A stretch of DNA of 64,000 bases, from contig NC_092395.1 of assembly GCF_030028105.1 (NCBI RefSeq), forward strand, positions 43,738,459 through 43,802,458. The letters are read 5' to 3'. This document shows, piece by piece, positions 51,130 through 64,000 of the stretch. Position numbers and translations under genes: made by a program. Under the pieces are notes generated by a model, which saw nothing but the letters and a program-made list of their open reading frames with translations, did not search any database and was not told the origin of the DNA. The stretch comes from Mobula birostris (taxonomy: Eukaryota). Numbering within the stretch: position 1 is the first letter of the stretch; every line of letters starts with the position of its first letter.

Positions 51130-51850
51130 TCAGATTAAAGCATGTTCTCGTAAGACATATTTTAAAAGTTGCAAAATAACTTTCTAGAGTAAAATGTGCA
51201 CAACCATGTCTGAATTGTGTTCAAAGTTCATTCTTTCGAGTGATACACTCTTCCAAAAGTATGTGGATGTATGTTGATGGGACATCAAATGCATTGACCA
51301 CTGTGGTCCTGTGTGTACCATTGGAATGAATGGATGGTTTCAAAACTTGAAGAATGATAAATATATCATGAATGCAGAGCTGATAACTGCTTTGACCAAT
51401 ATGATTGTTTGGCTTGCATGGCTGTTAGCCAGGAACATAAATGAGAAGATTCTTGGTTTGCAGAAATGTTTAGCTGCTGTGAAAATGTTCAGCATTCTGA
51501 ATGAAGTTACGCTTTCTAAAACTGAATCTGTGTTCTCAAGGCTGTTTTTCGCAGTATTGCTGGTGATGAGCTCCAGCACTGTTTTGAAAGGTGTTTCCTC
51601 CCCCGTTAAACCTCTGCCTTTTTGTTCTTAATTCACAAAACTTGTAAAAAAAATGTTTGCAGTTGTTGAAAAGAATGCTCTGATTTCCTTCACCCTATGT
51701 ATGCCCTTCACGTCCGTATAAACCTCTATCTGATCACATCATAGTTCTAACCTGACTGATATCTGCCCATATCTTAGTCCCTCAAGTCTAGCACATGGTA
51801 AATCCTTTCTGCACTCCTTTCAGTGTAATGATATTCTCATTTTACTTCTC
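51130..51850. repeat. Local direct duplication, copy 1 (copy 2 = 53400-53471 plus 56751-57350)
   Basis: About 80% identical block followed by a shared CR1 fragment; copy 2 is split by the RTE insertion. Confidence 0.85.
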
Positions 51851-52053
51851 ATAAGCAAGAAGGGATCCACTATGAATTTCCACATTGGGACTATAATTAG
51901 AATGTCAATTTACTGTCGAGCAGGTATCCTTCCCTGGGAATGCCCGGTACATTGTCCGCTTCTGAGAGGCAACATATGGAGGATTATTCCAGTAGTTGTG
52001 GAGTTACTAATTTATGGTGGTGGCACTGTCTTCCCTCTCTGTGTCTGTATGAT

Positions 52054-53223
52054 TGTCATAAGGGGGGCGTTGGTGGCGAATCCAAATGCAAGACACAGAC
52101 ACTGAAATACTAGGAATAGGTCTAGGTTTGACAAGAAAGCAGGGAAAGTGCTGAAGAAAGGCTGCTGGACATTGACGCAGGCCCTGGGCGAGACTAGGAT
52201 GCAGGGCCTGGGATATGATATGGAAAAAAAAACACAGAACCCAGACAAAGAACAAGGAACAAGGAGCCTGATCTAGGGCTCCGAGCCATGACTGGACAGG
52301 GACCCGGAACTTGGGTCTTGCCTCGGGCTTGGACCCTAGATCTAGGCAAGGACGAGACGTGGCTACAGGACTGGACGTGGCTCAAGGACAGTACAAGGTA
52401 CACCAGCACAGGACAAGGTGCTTGGACGTGGCTTGGACAGGACAAGAGATTCCTGGACAGGACGAGGGAACTCCAGCAATGGACGAGGGATCACCAGCAC
52501 AGGGCTGGGCGAGGTACTCCTGGGCTGGGCGAGCCACATGGACAGGATGAGAACACGAAGCCTTGTCTTGGACTTGGGAGACAGCAACATGGAACAAAGA
52601 GGCGGGACCCCTCCTTGGGAGCAGGACGTAGGGCCAGGACTCGTACGCAGCACACAGAGTCAGGACCCCCTCCTTGGTAACAGGGCCAAGGGCCGGGGCT
52701 CTTTCTATACACGGTATACTGAACATGAAGAGACAGTTCTCTACTCAGGGTAGCGGTAATCAGCCAGACCTACCCAGCGGAGGCGAAGACACAGAAAGAC
52801 GGTTCCCAAAATAAGGTAGTGGCAAACGGCCAGACCTACCTAGTGAAGGCGAAGTCACAAAGAGACAATTCCAAACAACAACAGACTGTTCCTCATGTTG
52901 ATGCAGCAAGACCCCGGTCTTGCTCCGGTGGTTGAACTTGACAGTGTTACAGGCAAGGACACAGGCGAGGTTGCAGCAAGGCTTCAGCTGAGGCTTCAGG
53001 TGAAGGCTGCAGGTGAGGGTTCTGTTGGAAGGAGGAGGGAAGGGAACAGTTCAGCAAATGAAGTTCAACCAAGGAGCTATTTATGTCGCTAGCCCAAAAT
53101 GAGAAACTGGTGCCTCAATTGATGCACTCAACAGAACAAGGGAGAAAACAGGAAAACCCTGAACAAGGGTCGACGGATTGGACCATGGACTGGAATGCGG
53201 ACTTCACAGTCTGGACCATGACA
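52054..53223 (-). repeat. Solo Gypsy LTR
   Basis: TGTCATA...CATGACA termini with 5-bp TSD ATGAT (52049-52053, 53224-53228); related to 10375-10820. Confidence 0.9.
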
Positions 53224-53471
53224 ATGATAATTGTTTGAAAGATGATCTCAGCTTTTAAGTTTTCATGGAAATCATACAGAAAATTGAATGTTTGTTGCTT
53301 AGAAACCTTGATGTAAATGAAGCTTGAAAGCTTTAATTTATTGTAGAAAACAGAATTGAAAAGACATGGATGAGATTTCTGAAGTTATGATGTTGTCTTC
53401 CCATCCAGCTTTGGTAAAGCATGTACTTGTAAGAACTATTTTAGAAACTGCAAAATAAGTCTAGAAATAAT

Positions 53472-56400
53472 CATCATCATTCAGGTGCCTTGCCGTTCGA
53501 TGTGAGTGATCATGTCCCTCCATCCATCACGGTTCCTGACCCTCCGAATTGTAGTTGTTGCCTCCCCTGATTCTAACCATGATGTTATTCCATCTATCAT
53601 TTTCATTCTCTGTCTTCCTCTACTTCCTTTTCCTTCCAGCTTTCCAGTTGTAACTCAATGTTCTAATAGCTCTCTTCGCATGATGTGTCCAAAGAATTTT
53701 GATTGCTGTTTTCTGATTTTTTTTAAGTAATGTATGTTTTGCTTTCATTCTCTGTAGAACTCTTCGTTGGTTATCCTGTCCGTATATGATACACATAGCA
53801 TTCTTCTGAGGAACCACATCTCTGCTGCCTTGATCGTTTTTTCCATTGCATTTGTGATGGTCCATGTCTTCGCAGCCATATATCATTATAGGAAGAATGT
53901 AGCAGCTGAGAGTTCTAAGGCGGATTTCAATTGCTATTTTGTTGTTTGTTAGGATGTTTCTCATTTCTGTAAATGCTGTTTTTGTCATTGCTATTCTTAT
54001 CTGTTTCGCCTTTGCCATCAGATGTTACCCATAATCCAAAGTAATTGAAGTTCTGAACTTATTTCAGTATATCATTTCCCAATGCGGTCCTACAGTTTGG
54101 GATATCAGGTTTCTTTGATATTACCATTACTTCAGTTTTTTTTTTGTTTAAGGTTAGGCCAAGATTTTCGCTCTCTGTGTTGATGGTAGATACTAGTTTC
54201 TGTAAAGTCACTTCACTATTTGCTACTAGTACTGTATCATCCACATAGCGGAGGTTGTTGATATTGTATCCTCCTATACTTATTCCAGGTAGGTCTTGTA
54301 TGGTTCTCATGATGTTTTCACTGTACAGGGAGAACAGATCTGGTGGTAGAACACAACACTGTCTAACTCCTCGCTTTATTGGCTGATATTCACCAATCTC
54401 GTTCTTTATCCATATGGCTGCACTCTTTTGCCAGTAGAGATTCCTGATTATTCTTAGATCTTTTCCGTCGATATTAATATCTTTAAGCATTTTCATGATG
54501 ACTTGGTATTTCACCGTGTCAAAGGCTTTTGTGTAGTCAATGAAACAGAAGTATAGATCTTGTTCTACTTCTATTGACCTTTCGACAATGTTCCTGAGAA
54601 TATAATTTGTGTTTTACATTCTCTTGTCTTCTACAAAGCCGCACTGTTTTTCACTGATCTCTGGTTTAATTTTGTTTCTTATTCTGAGCATGACGATTCT
54701 AAGTAGAATTTTTGTGAGGTGGCTAATTAAGCTTACTGTTCTGTGTTGTCCACACGCTGTTGCATCTGGTTTCTTTGGCAGTGCAATGAATACTGTCTGT
54801 TAAATATCTTCTGGTACTTTGTCACTGTTGTGTATTCTATTCAATAAGATTGTTAATTTCTCTACACCAAAATCATCTAGCGCTTCATGCAGTTTAACCG
54901 GAATTTTATCTGGTCCTGATGATTTCCTCTTTCGCATTTTCTTCAGAGCATGCTCCACTTCTTCTTTCAGTATTGTTGGGCTCTTGTTGTTGTTGCCAAT
55001 CTCAAAGTTGTCCTCACGTTTTTCTTGTTGTATAGGTCTTTGATGTATCCTGACCATCTTTGCATTATTTTCCCTTTTTCCATAATTGTCGAGCTGTCTT
55101 TTGCTTTTATACATCCTGTTTTTGCCCCACTTTTCTTCCAATATGTGACCTCCTTGATCCCGTCATTCATACATTTGCTGTTGTTGGTCTTCTGCAATTG
55201 TTCTATTAACTCACATTTGTCCTTAAGCCACTTTTCTTTTGCTTCCTTGCACTTGGTTGTTACCTGTGCATGCATGCTTTTTCGTTTTCCTTACATTTTC
55301 TTTGTTCCATAAGATTCAGAATTTCTTCTGTCGTCCATTTCTTTTTAGCTTTTTTCTGTTGTTTGAGAATCACCTCTTGTACTGCTTGTGTTATACTGTC
55401 TCTGAGGTTTTCCCATTGCTGTTCTACAATAGTGACGTTTTGTAGAGCTTTGAATTTGTTCTTCACAGTTATTTGGAATTCATTTCTGATGTCACTGTTT
55501 TTCTTCTCAAAGGTCCCAAATTCAGCTTTGGCTGTACTTTTGGTCTATTAACCTTTCTGAGTCTCAGGTACATCACACTGATTATTGGTACGTGATCACT
55601 GTAGCAGTCTGCACCCAGATATGCTTTGCATGATTTCAGAGCATTTCTATATCTTCTCCTTATAAGCACCAAATCAATTTGGTTTCTGGTATTATCCCCT
55701 GTGCTCTTCCATGTGTATAGTTTTCTCGGGTGTTGCTTGAAGACAGTATTACCAATTATATAATCTTTTTCTGTGACCCATGTCGCTAGTCGTTCTCTTC
55801 CCTCATTTCCCTCACCATTGCCGTAATGCCCAATATTGTCCTCGTCCCTGGTCTTGACTACTTTTGCGTTGAAGTCACCTTGAATAATGGTATTTTCTGA
55901 GTTATTACAATGTCTTAATGCTGTTTCTAGTTCGTCATAAGATTGATTGATGCTTTCTTCACTGCTGTCTGCTGTTGGGGCATAAACTTCAATGATATCA
56001 ATGTCAAAAGGTTTTGCATGTGTTTTCCATCGAAACATTTGATCTGATATAGTCCAATAACCTTTTACTGATTTGCATGTTCTTCACCTAACATAATTCC
56101 AGCACCTTTTTGATGTATTTCTCCTCCTGAATAACTGATGGTATATCCCTCTGAGCTTGTTTTACCAGCTCCTTTCCACCTCATCTCGCACATTCCCAAG
56201 ATGTTGATTTCTAATCTTTCCATTTCCTGTTTGACGTTGTCTAGTTTATCAGGTTTGTTAAGAGTTCTTACATTCCAGGTTGCTAGCCTGATCTTTTTTG
56301 CTTTTAATCTGCCGACAGTTGCTGGGTAATTGTGAGGTTCACCTGTGGCTCATGAGATCCTCTACTGGATGAGGCTCCTTCAGTGAAGGCTCCATTCACA

Positions 56401-56750
56401 TCTTTGAGCTGAGAACATAGTTGATTTGAGTTCATGATTGTACAAGGGAGGAGTACTGAAGTGGTTTCCCGTTGCCCTTCAGTTGCAGTGTCCATTCTGG
56501 ACGGGTAACCCTGGCCATTGATCAGCAGATTCATCTGCCCAGCATTTTTAGTTTTACTACCATAAATTCCATTTGTAGAATCTGCTTGTAAAGACATCCA
56601 CCACATGCAAACCATGGCTTCACGTTGAACCTGATTGGGGGGCTAAAAAGATACTACACCATGCCCAAGGGTGACCTGTAGGCTATCGGACGGAAGGAGC
56701 GTCATACACCTCCTTTTGCTGAGCAATTGCACAGCACCGATACTGACAAA
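53472..56750 (-). mobile_element. Full-span RTE (BovB-like) LINE, frameshifted
   Basis: 12-bp TSD TCTAGAAATAAT (53460-53471, 56751-56762) and (GAT)n tail. APE motifs IEVYAPT, QGDFNAKV, NQIDLVL, SDH; RT motifs RGVRQCCVLPPDLF, NNLRYVDD. Confidence 0.93.
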
Positions 56751-58929
56751 TCTAGAAATAATTGATGTAGTCAAATCTTGATGACTGATGACTACATCGT
56801 GAATGCAGACTTGATAACGGTTTTGACCAATATAATTGATTGGCTGGCATGGTTATTAGCCAGTAACATAGAAAAGTGGATTATTGGTTTACTGAAATGT
56901 TTGGCTGCTGTGAAAATGTTCAGCATTTTGAATTGAGTTGCACTTTCCAAAATTGAACCTGTGTTCTCAAGGCTCATTTTTCCAGTATTGCTGGTGATGA
57001 GTTCCAGCACTGTTGTGAAAGGTGTTCCCTCTGACTTTAAACTCATGTCTTCTTGTTCTTAATTCACAAAATTTGTAAAAATGGCTGAATGCATCCACCC
57101 TATCTATGCCCTTCATGATCTGTATCTTTATCTCCATCTGATTACCTTTCAGTTCCAACCTGACTAACTTCTCCCGATAACACAGTTCCTCAAGTCCTGG
57201 CAACGTGTAAATCCTTTCTGCACTTTTTTCAGTTTCATCATATTTTCTTTTAGCAGGGCAACCAAATTTGTACTCAAGTATAATTACAGCAATATCCTGT
57301 AAAACTGCACCGAGGCCTCCCAACTTATATATTATAAGTCGTGTCAAATGAAATCCATAGTGCCAAAAATCGTCTTTGCCACCTAGTCTAACGGTGACTA
57401 TACTTTCAATTAACCTTGTACTTGCACTCCAAGGGAGTTCTGTTCCAAAACATTCACATTTATGTGAAAGATCTATCTAGATTTTCTCTTGAAAAATGGA
57501 ATACCTTGTACTTAGCCAAATTACACTTCATTTGACATCCTCCATCTCACTTCCCCAGCTGATCAAGCTGCCACTGTAAATCTGATTGATCTTCTTCATT
57601 GCCTACCATACCACCTATTTTACTGTCAACTGCAAACTTATTAATCATGCCTTGTATGGTCTTGTTCAAATTGTTTGACAGAGATGCCAAACATCAATGA
57701 GCCTAGCACCATCCCCCGAGGCACACGCTTAATCATAGGCTACCAGGTCGAGAGACAATCCTCCACTTTGTTGGCTACCATACAGTCAACTTACTGGCAC
57801 TTCACTGTTGCTAATGATGAATCAAATAAGAACATAAGAAATAGGAGCAGCTGTAGGCCATCTGGCCTGTTGAGCCGGCTCTCCCATTCAATAACATCAT
57901 ATCTGATTGACCATGAACTAATGTCCACCTGCCTTTTCCCCATAACTCGTAATTACCATACTAATTAAAATTTATCCAACCTTGTATTAAATATATTTAG
58001 TGAGGTAGCCCCCACTACTTCATTGGGCAGAAAACTACACTGATTCACCACTTTTTGGGAAAAGCAGTTCCTCATCTGCATCCTATGTCCCCTAGTTCTA
58101 GGCTTGCCTATCAGTGGAAATATTATCTCAACCAAGGCACCTAATTTCTTCTCCAGCCAGCCAGAGTGTTCTTGGAGATACCTGCTCAGACTCTGGGGAC
58201 TGTCAAACTCCACACATTTTTTTTAAAAATCCAGGAAAAAAATGGATCTTTGCAATTTTCTTCCATTGGAAGCTGAGCCAATGAAGAGATTCATGGCTGT
58301 GTGTAAAGTGAACTATAGTACAAACCCACGTCTGTGATAGGGTGCAGTTGAGGCCGAGATCATGTAACCATGACCTGTATAAATGATGGAGCAGGCTGGA
58401 GTGGCCGCATGAATGGGTCCTGTACCCATCTCCAGTGTCCCTATAATCAGAGAGACTGATGATTAGACTGAGGTTATGAGGACACAGTCTGTATGAGAGC
58501 AAGTTTTGTGCCCACATTTGTTTGCTAATATCATTGGACTTAGTTATAAACCTCAATGAACATGTGTTGGTCTCTCTCAACCTTTCAGATGATGTAGGTA
58601 TTTTTACAATGATGCTGATGAAGAAGCCTTGCAGTGAAACTCAGTCCCCTCTGATCTATAAGGGTACCAGCTATGCTGAGACACCATAGCCATATTGAAT
58701 TTCACCACCCGCACAATCCTCGGTGTTACAATCCGTTGGGAAATTTTGTTCTTCAGTATTTGGCTGGAGAGTGGTGTGCAATAAATTTGCTGTCATTCCT
58801 CTATCCCCATTGTCACTTCAATTGTTATCCCACAATTGATCAGCCCATGGGTTTGGAATGTAGCTGTTTTATCCAAAGTGTTGTAGAGTAAATGAGAACT
58901 TAGCAGTCCGAGGGCCTCCCAAGTTGTCA

Positions 58930-59860
58930 ATAGAAGGCAAAGGGTGATACTAGACCGGTCATAATCTGCATGGAGGTTGGTGACCAGTGGTGTGCCTCAG
59001 GGGTTGGTTCTGGGACCCCTACTCTTTGTGATTTTTATAAATGACCTGGGATGAGGAAGTGGAGGGATGGGTTTGTAAATTTGCTGGTGACAAAAAGGTT
59101 GGGGTTTTGAGGATAGTTTGGAGAACTGTCAAAGGTTACAGTGGGACATCGATAGAATGCAAAACTGGGCTGAGATGTGGCAGATGGAGTTCAACCCAGA
59201 TAAGTGTAAGGTGGTTCATTTTGGTTGGTCAAATATGATGGCAAGACTCTTGGCAGTGTGGAGGATCACAGAGATTTTGGGGTCCACGTCCATATGACAT
59301 TCAAAGCTGCTATGCAGGTTGACTCTGTGGTTAAGAAGGCATACAGTGCATTGGCTTTCATCAATCGTGGGATTTAGTGTGAGAGCCGAGAGGTAATGTT
59401 GCACCTATAAAGGACCCTGGTCAGATCCCACTTGGAGTACTGTGCTCAATTCTGGTCACCTCACTCAGTAAGGACGAGGAAACCATAGAAAGGGTGCAGA
59501 GGAGTTTTACCAGGGTATTGCCTGGATTGGGGAGCATGCCTTATGAGAATAGGTTGAGTGAATTCGGCCTTTTCCTCTAGGAGCAACGGAGGATGAGACG
59601 TGACCTGATGAAGATTTCAGGAGTAAGTTTTTTTTTTATGCAGAGAGTGGTGAGTACATGAAATAGGCTGCCGGCAGTGGTGGTGGAGGTGGAAACGGGA
59701 GGGTCTTTTAAGAGACTTCTGCATAGGTACGTGGAGCTTAGGATAATAGAGGGCTATGGGTAAGTCTATTTTGTTCTAAGGTAAGTACATGATTGGCACA
59801 GATTTTTGGGCTGAAAAGCCTGTATCGTGCTGTAGCTTTTCTATATTTCTATGTTTCTAA
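58930..59860 (+). mobile_element. CR1 LINE 3' fragment
   Basis: VTSGVPQGLVLGPLLFVIFINDL-type RT segment and (TTTCTAT) tail. Confidence 0.85.
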
Positions 59861-61599
59861 GGTACTGTAACTTGCCTCTCGATGTAAAGAAGCAGGAAAA
59901 GAATCAAAGGGCGTTTTAGGGAACGTGAGGGGAATGGATGTGACATTAATGTAGCTACTCTGTTGGGAGCTTATATAGACCCAGTGGGCTGAATAGCCTC
60001 TTTATGTGTTTTGCTAAATAACGACTGCTCAGTTTCTATTGTTTTCTTTGATTTACTGATTTTTTTTCAGTAATATTACCTCAAACTATATTTATTTCCT
60101 CCTGCCGTGAGCACTGATATATCACTAATTGGGAGGAGATTGGTGTGAGATTTCTCTGTGGGATTGGTAGGTCTTGACCATTGTCATATTTGTTGAATGT
60201 GTTTTCCTTCCCAGGAATCTTGGGCTGCAGTTCCAGTGTTGTGGGAAATCAAACCTGAGCTCCATATTAACACAGTGAATGAGGGAGAACACAGTAAAGA
60301 AAACGTTTCCTACATGCGAGCATGCTTTTTAATTTGTAGGTGCTGTTGCAGATATTTAAATACACACCCAGCTCCTGACAACACCGCTAAACATGGCTTA
60401 GTCTGAGTTTCTACTGTCTGTCAGGAACGGTTGCATTACAAACAAAGTCATCAGAGAGATATTGAAGCTTGTGTTTGTCGAAGTGTTTTATTGAATAAAA
60501 TGAGACACTTTTGGAGGAAGATGCCTGTTTGGCTCAATATTACACAACCTTTTATATTTTAAAGATCAAATCCGGCAGCAGGACAATTCTATAGTTACAA
60601 TGTATCTACAATGCTTCCTTCGAATTCCATATGATTTTCACACCTCCTTCTTTGCACCCACACTCCATGCACACAAAATGAATGTTGATCAGAATTGATT
60701 GGTTTTCAATTAACTGGTGTCCATAGCTCCAGAGAACTGCTGTCCAAGTCTACATTTAAAATTTAATCTCCAGTCCATGTTCAGGTCAAAGATTGGTTGT
60801 CAAAGTCAATACTTGCTATTTATCCTAACTCTAGAATATGCCCTAACAGTCCCTCCTCTTGGTCTTCCTGGACAAAAAAATAAATTTGTTCCAGGAAAGG
60901 CCAAGCCTTAAGGAGATTCTAATCAGATACGGCAACAAAAAAGTACTCTGTATTTTGAAACCCATTTCCCATGTACCTATATGCATCCACATTTACACTA
61001 TCATCCTTAATAAATACTTGCAAAACACGAAGCAGAGATTGTTCCAGAAATTTGACGGGCTGTATTTAAACTGCAGTTTCATCAAATGTATGGCGGTTGC
61101 CTTCTTCCATGCTGGCTTATTGCAGTCTAATCACAGTCTTTACTTTCCCCGATTTGTGTTCTGATAGGTAAAATTCAGCAGTGGCTATCATTGCTTACTC
61201 TTTGGTCAGGCCACCAGCAAGGAGAATGTATCAGGGTCATAAGTGTATCAGGATCACAGGCAAAAGTTCACATTCCATGTCATTGCAAATGATTGTCAGA
61301 ATCTTGATGACTAGTCTCCGGGACACTCTGATGGATGTACAGGAAAAGTTGGTGAGAGCAAATCTGAGAAAATCCTCTGCTTCTCTCCAGGTGTGAATGA
61401 CTTATGGTGGTCATAATCAAGGTGAATGGCTGGCTTGACCCTCAGAGATATCAACCTGACATTCGCTGACCTCAATCAATGCCACCCTGACAGATATAAC
61501 TGGGTATAATGTCTCCGTCAAATATCTCCACACCAATTCCCACACTACATATAATGTAAATGGTGGATAAGAATTAAACACTACATACTTAAAACATTT

Positions 61600-61913
61600 G
61601 ACTATACCCCTTGCCCATCCTCTGTTTTTTTTTTTCCCTCAACTCCGCCTTTTCCTTCTCCCTGGGCCTCCTGTCCCATGAACCTCTCATATCCCTTTTG
61701 CCAATCACCTGTCCAGCTCTTGGCTCCATCCCGCCCCCTCTTGTCTCCTCCTATCATTTTGGATCTCCCCCTCCCCTTTCCACTTTCAAATCTCTCACGA
61801 GCTCTTCCTTCAGTTAGTCCTGACGAAGGGTCTCGGCCCGAAACGTGCACTGTACCTCTTCCTAGAGATGCTGCCTGGCCTGCTGCGTTCACCAGCAACT
61901 TTGATGTGTGTTG
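61600..61913 (+). mobile_element. Longer copy of the hammerhead-motif retroposon (Penelope-like 3' region)
   Basis: Pyrimidine-rich run, then TAGTC-CTGACGA-AGGGTCTCGGCCC-GAAAC-GTG-CACTG and the common end ..caccagcaactttgatgtgtgttg. Confidence 0.78.
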
Positions 61914-63499
61914 CCAGTTCATCTCTCTGTCGTGTTGGTGATACCTTGTGATCCTGAGGCCACTGACTCATGTAGGTTCAAGTGTGTGCTAAGTTTAAAA
62001 ATGCTCACCAACTAGGACTGCTATATTTGCAATATACCTTACCTTCAGAATATGCCCTAACAGGAAGGAATATCCCACACGTACCTGCCAATGAGATCTG
62101 AACTGGCACTTGGCTACCAAAGGAACAATGGATAGATTGAGAGAGAATGGACAAAAGGGTTCTATCTGGAGCTTTTGAAGTGAAGTCCAATATTGCTCAG
62201 GGACGTGCAATCTTCCAGTCAGTGATCTGTCATGAATTCAAGTCGGTAGATTTCCACACAAACATTGATTTTGGAGAATTGGTAAATGACTTAGCCCTTC
62301 CATCATGCTCAGCCATTGATTCACATTATGGCTGATCATACTGTAACCTTAATGTCCCATTACTCCATGTTTCAGTAAACTTTCAACCTGTTCATTGTTT
62401 AAAAATATGAATTCATTTTTCTTCCACAGCCCCGTAAGAAAAATAGTTTCAAAAGATTATTTGCTCTCTCAGAGAAACAAACAGCTTTGCATCTGTCCTA
62501 AATAAACTGCTCCTGATTTTTAAACACTAACATTATGTTCTAGATGCTCTGATGAGACAAAACATCCTGTTCATAGTCTCCCTGCTGAGAACACTCTGGA
62601 GCTGATGATCCAACCAATTTCCCTCGCAGTTTTCAAAATTCCAGTGGGTACAGGCCTCCCATTACCTCACAACATGACATAAGTATCAGAGAACTGAATC
62701 CAATAAAAGGGAAGAAAGGAGACAGGAAGCAGTGTTCCTTCTTTCAACTAACAAAGATATTGAAGGGGACTATTAGGCATTGGATTTAGTCATATTTAGA
62801 TAAGCATGTTCTTATTAGTAATAGTCACCCATGGATTGGAGCAGGGCTGAACATGCATTACAAATTGATGGGGGTTTTGGGGAGATGACAAAAATAATTG
62901 ATGAAATTAGAGTTGTAGATGTTTTCTACATGAATTTTAGAACAGCATTTGACAAGCTTCTCAGGTAGCCTGTTTCAGAAAACTCATTCACTTTGTATCC
63001 ATGATAACATTTGACTAGATTTTAAATTGGTTGGGCATAGGAGACAGAAGATAGTACTGGATGGGGAATATCCACTTTGGAGGGCCATCGCTAGTGGTGT
63101 TCCATAGGAATCAGTACTTGGACCTCTGTTGCTTACGATTACAGAAAATGACGTGGATCAAATACAGAGTGGTTGATTCGTAGACTTGCCAGTGGAAACA
63201 TAAATACAGAGATTGCTTGCAGTTCCCCAATGTGATCTCACCAGGGCTTCTTTCAAAAGAAACACAGATAGGCTACCTAGACCTGATGACCACCCTGACC
63301 AGATGTACTGCAACCCAGGGTCGTGAAAGATGTATTTAAGAAGACTGTTGAGTTGAAGCATTAGTTGTGACCTTTCAAGAATCATTAGATTCTGGTATAG
63401 TTTCAGAGGAATGAAAAAAAAAATGAAAATATAACTCCATTCTTTAAGAAAGGAAGGAAATAAAAGGCAGGATAGTATATGCCACTAAGTCTGACTTCA

Positions 63500-64000
63500 G
63501 TGGCTTGCAAGATGTTAGATTTCATTTTTAAAAGTTAGATTTTTCAGTATTCGCAGACTCATGACAAAAGAGAGTTAAGTCAGTATGGTTTCCTAAAAGG
63601 GAAATCGAGCCTATAAGTTCTGTTTGAATTCTTTGAGTAAGTAACAGGCAGGATAAACAAAGGGGGGTAAGTGTAAGTTGTTTTAAATTAGATATTCAGA
63701 AGCTCTGACAAGAGGTCAATGTTATGACCACTTCTTTTCATGTTTTATGTCAATGATGTAGATGATGGAAGTAATAGCTTTATGGCCAAGTTTGTGGATA
63801 GGTGGAGAGCCATCAAGTGCTGAGGAAGTAGAGAGTATGCAGAAGGAATTGGAAAGATTCGGACAATGGGCATAAATGTAGCAGATAGAAGACAGTGAAA
63901 GGAAGTGTAAGGTCATGCTTGCTTCTAGACAATTTTCTTAACAGGGAACTATTCCAGAAATCAGAGATGCAAAGAGACTTGGGAGACCTAGTGCAGGATT
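63500..64000 (+). mobile_element. Old CR1 RT relic, running off the window
   Basis: Degenerate HGFLKG.S, LDIQKL.DK and AKFVD motifs. Confidence 0.6.

Larger units (their letters stand above)
49130..64000. repeat. Old tandem segmental duplication, unit C (heavily expanded by insertions; runs off the window)
   Basis: Homologous blocks at 49130-49931, 58620-58910, 59860-60060 and 61990-63500, in the same order as unit B. Confidence 0.7.

Noticed and set aside
52250-52700. GGAC-rich short degenerate repeats with several overlapping ORFs, superficially array-like
   Set aside because: Internal to a solo LTR with a TSD; no constant repeat with unique spacers, so neither CRISPR nor a credible CDS.
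60271-60310. CACAGTG heptamer as a possible RSS
   Set aside because: No ACAAAAACC-like nonamer at 12 or 23 nt spacing and no V exon upstream.
61360-61500. Acceptor-like ttctctccAG|GTGTGAAT resembling the start of a V exon
   Set aside because: The expected phase-1 frame hits a stop within ten codons and no Cys/Trp V framework is evident.

Overview
Eukaryotic, repeat-dominated genomic DNA. It is inferred to come from a cartilaginous fish, probably a ray, based on the shark-type Ig light-chain C exon and the CR1/Rex1/RTE/Tc1/Gmr1 repeat mix. I found no intact host gene. The only host-gene elements are a minus-strand IgL constant exon with an in-frame stop (1031-1353; no V, J or RSS found in the ~62 kb upstream) and a three-piece sarcomeric myosin heavy-chain rod fragment (17405-17766) captured inside an LTR retrotransposon in place of the 3' part of pol. 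The rest is a nested stack of mobile elements: two Gmr1-like Ty3/Gypsy elements, a PNMA-gag-like Gypsy, a sushi-like Gypsy, solo LTRs, a fold-back LTR palindrome, full-span L1, RTE and Tc1 copies with target-site duplications (TSDs), a Charlie-type hAT, CR1/Rex1 fragments and three small retroposons with a minimal hammerhead-ribozyme-like motif. These sit on an old, roughly three-copy tandem segmental duplication (~20-27, ~39.5-49 and ~49-64 kb). Family assignments come from recalled protein motifs and manual alignment; no searches were run.
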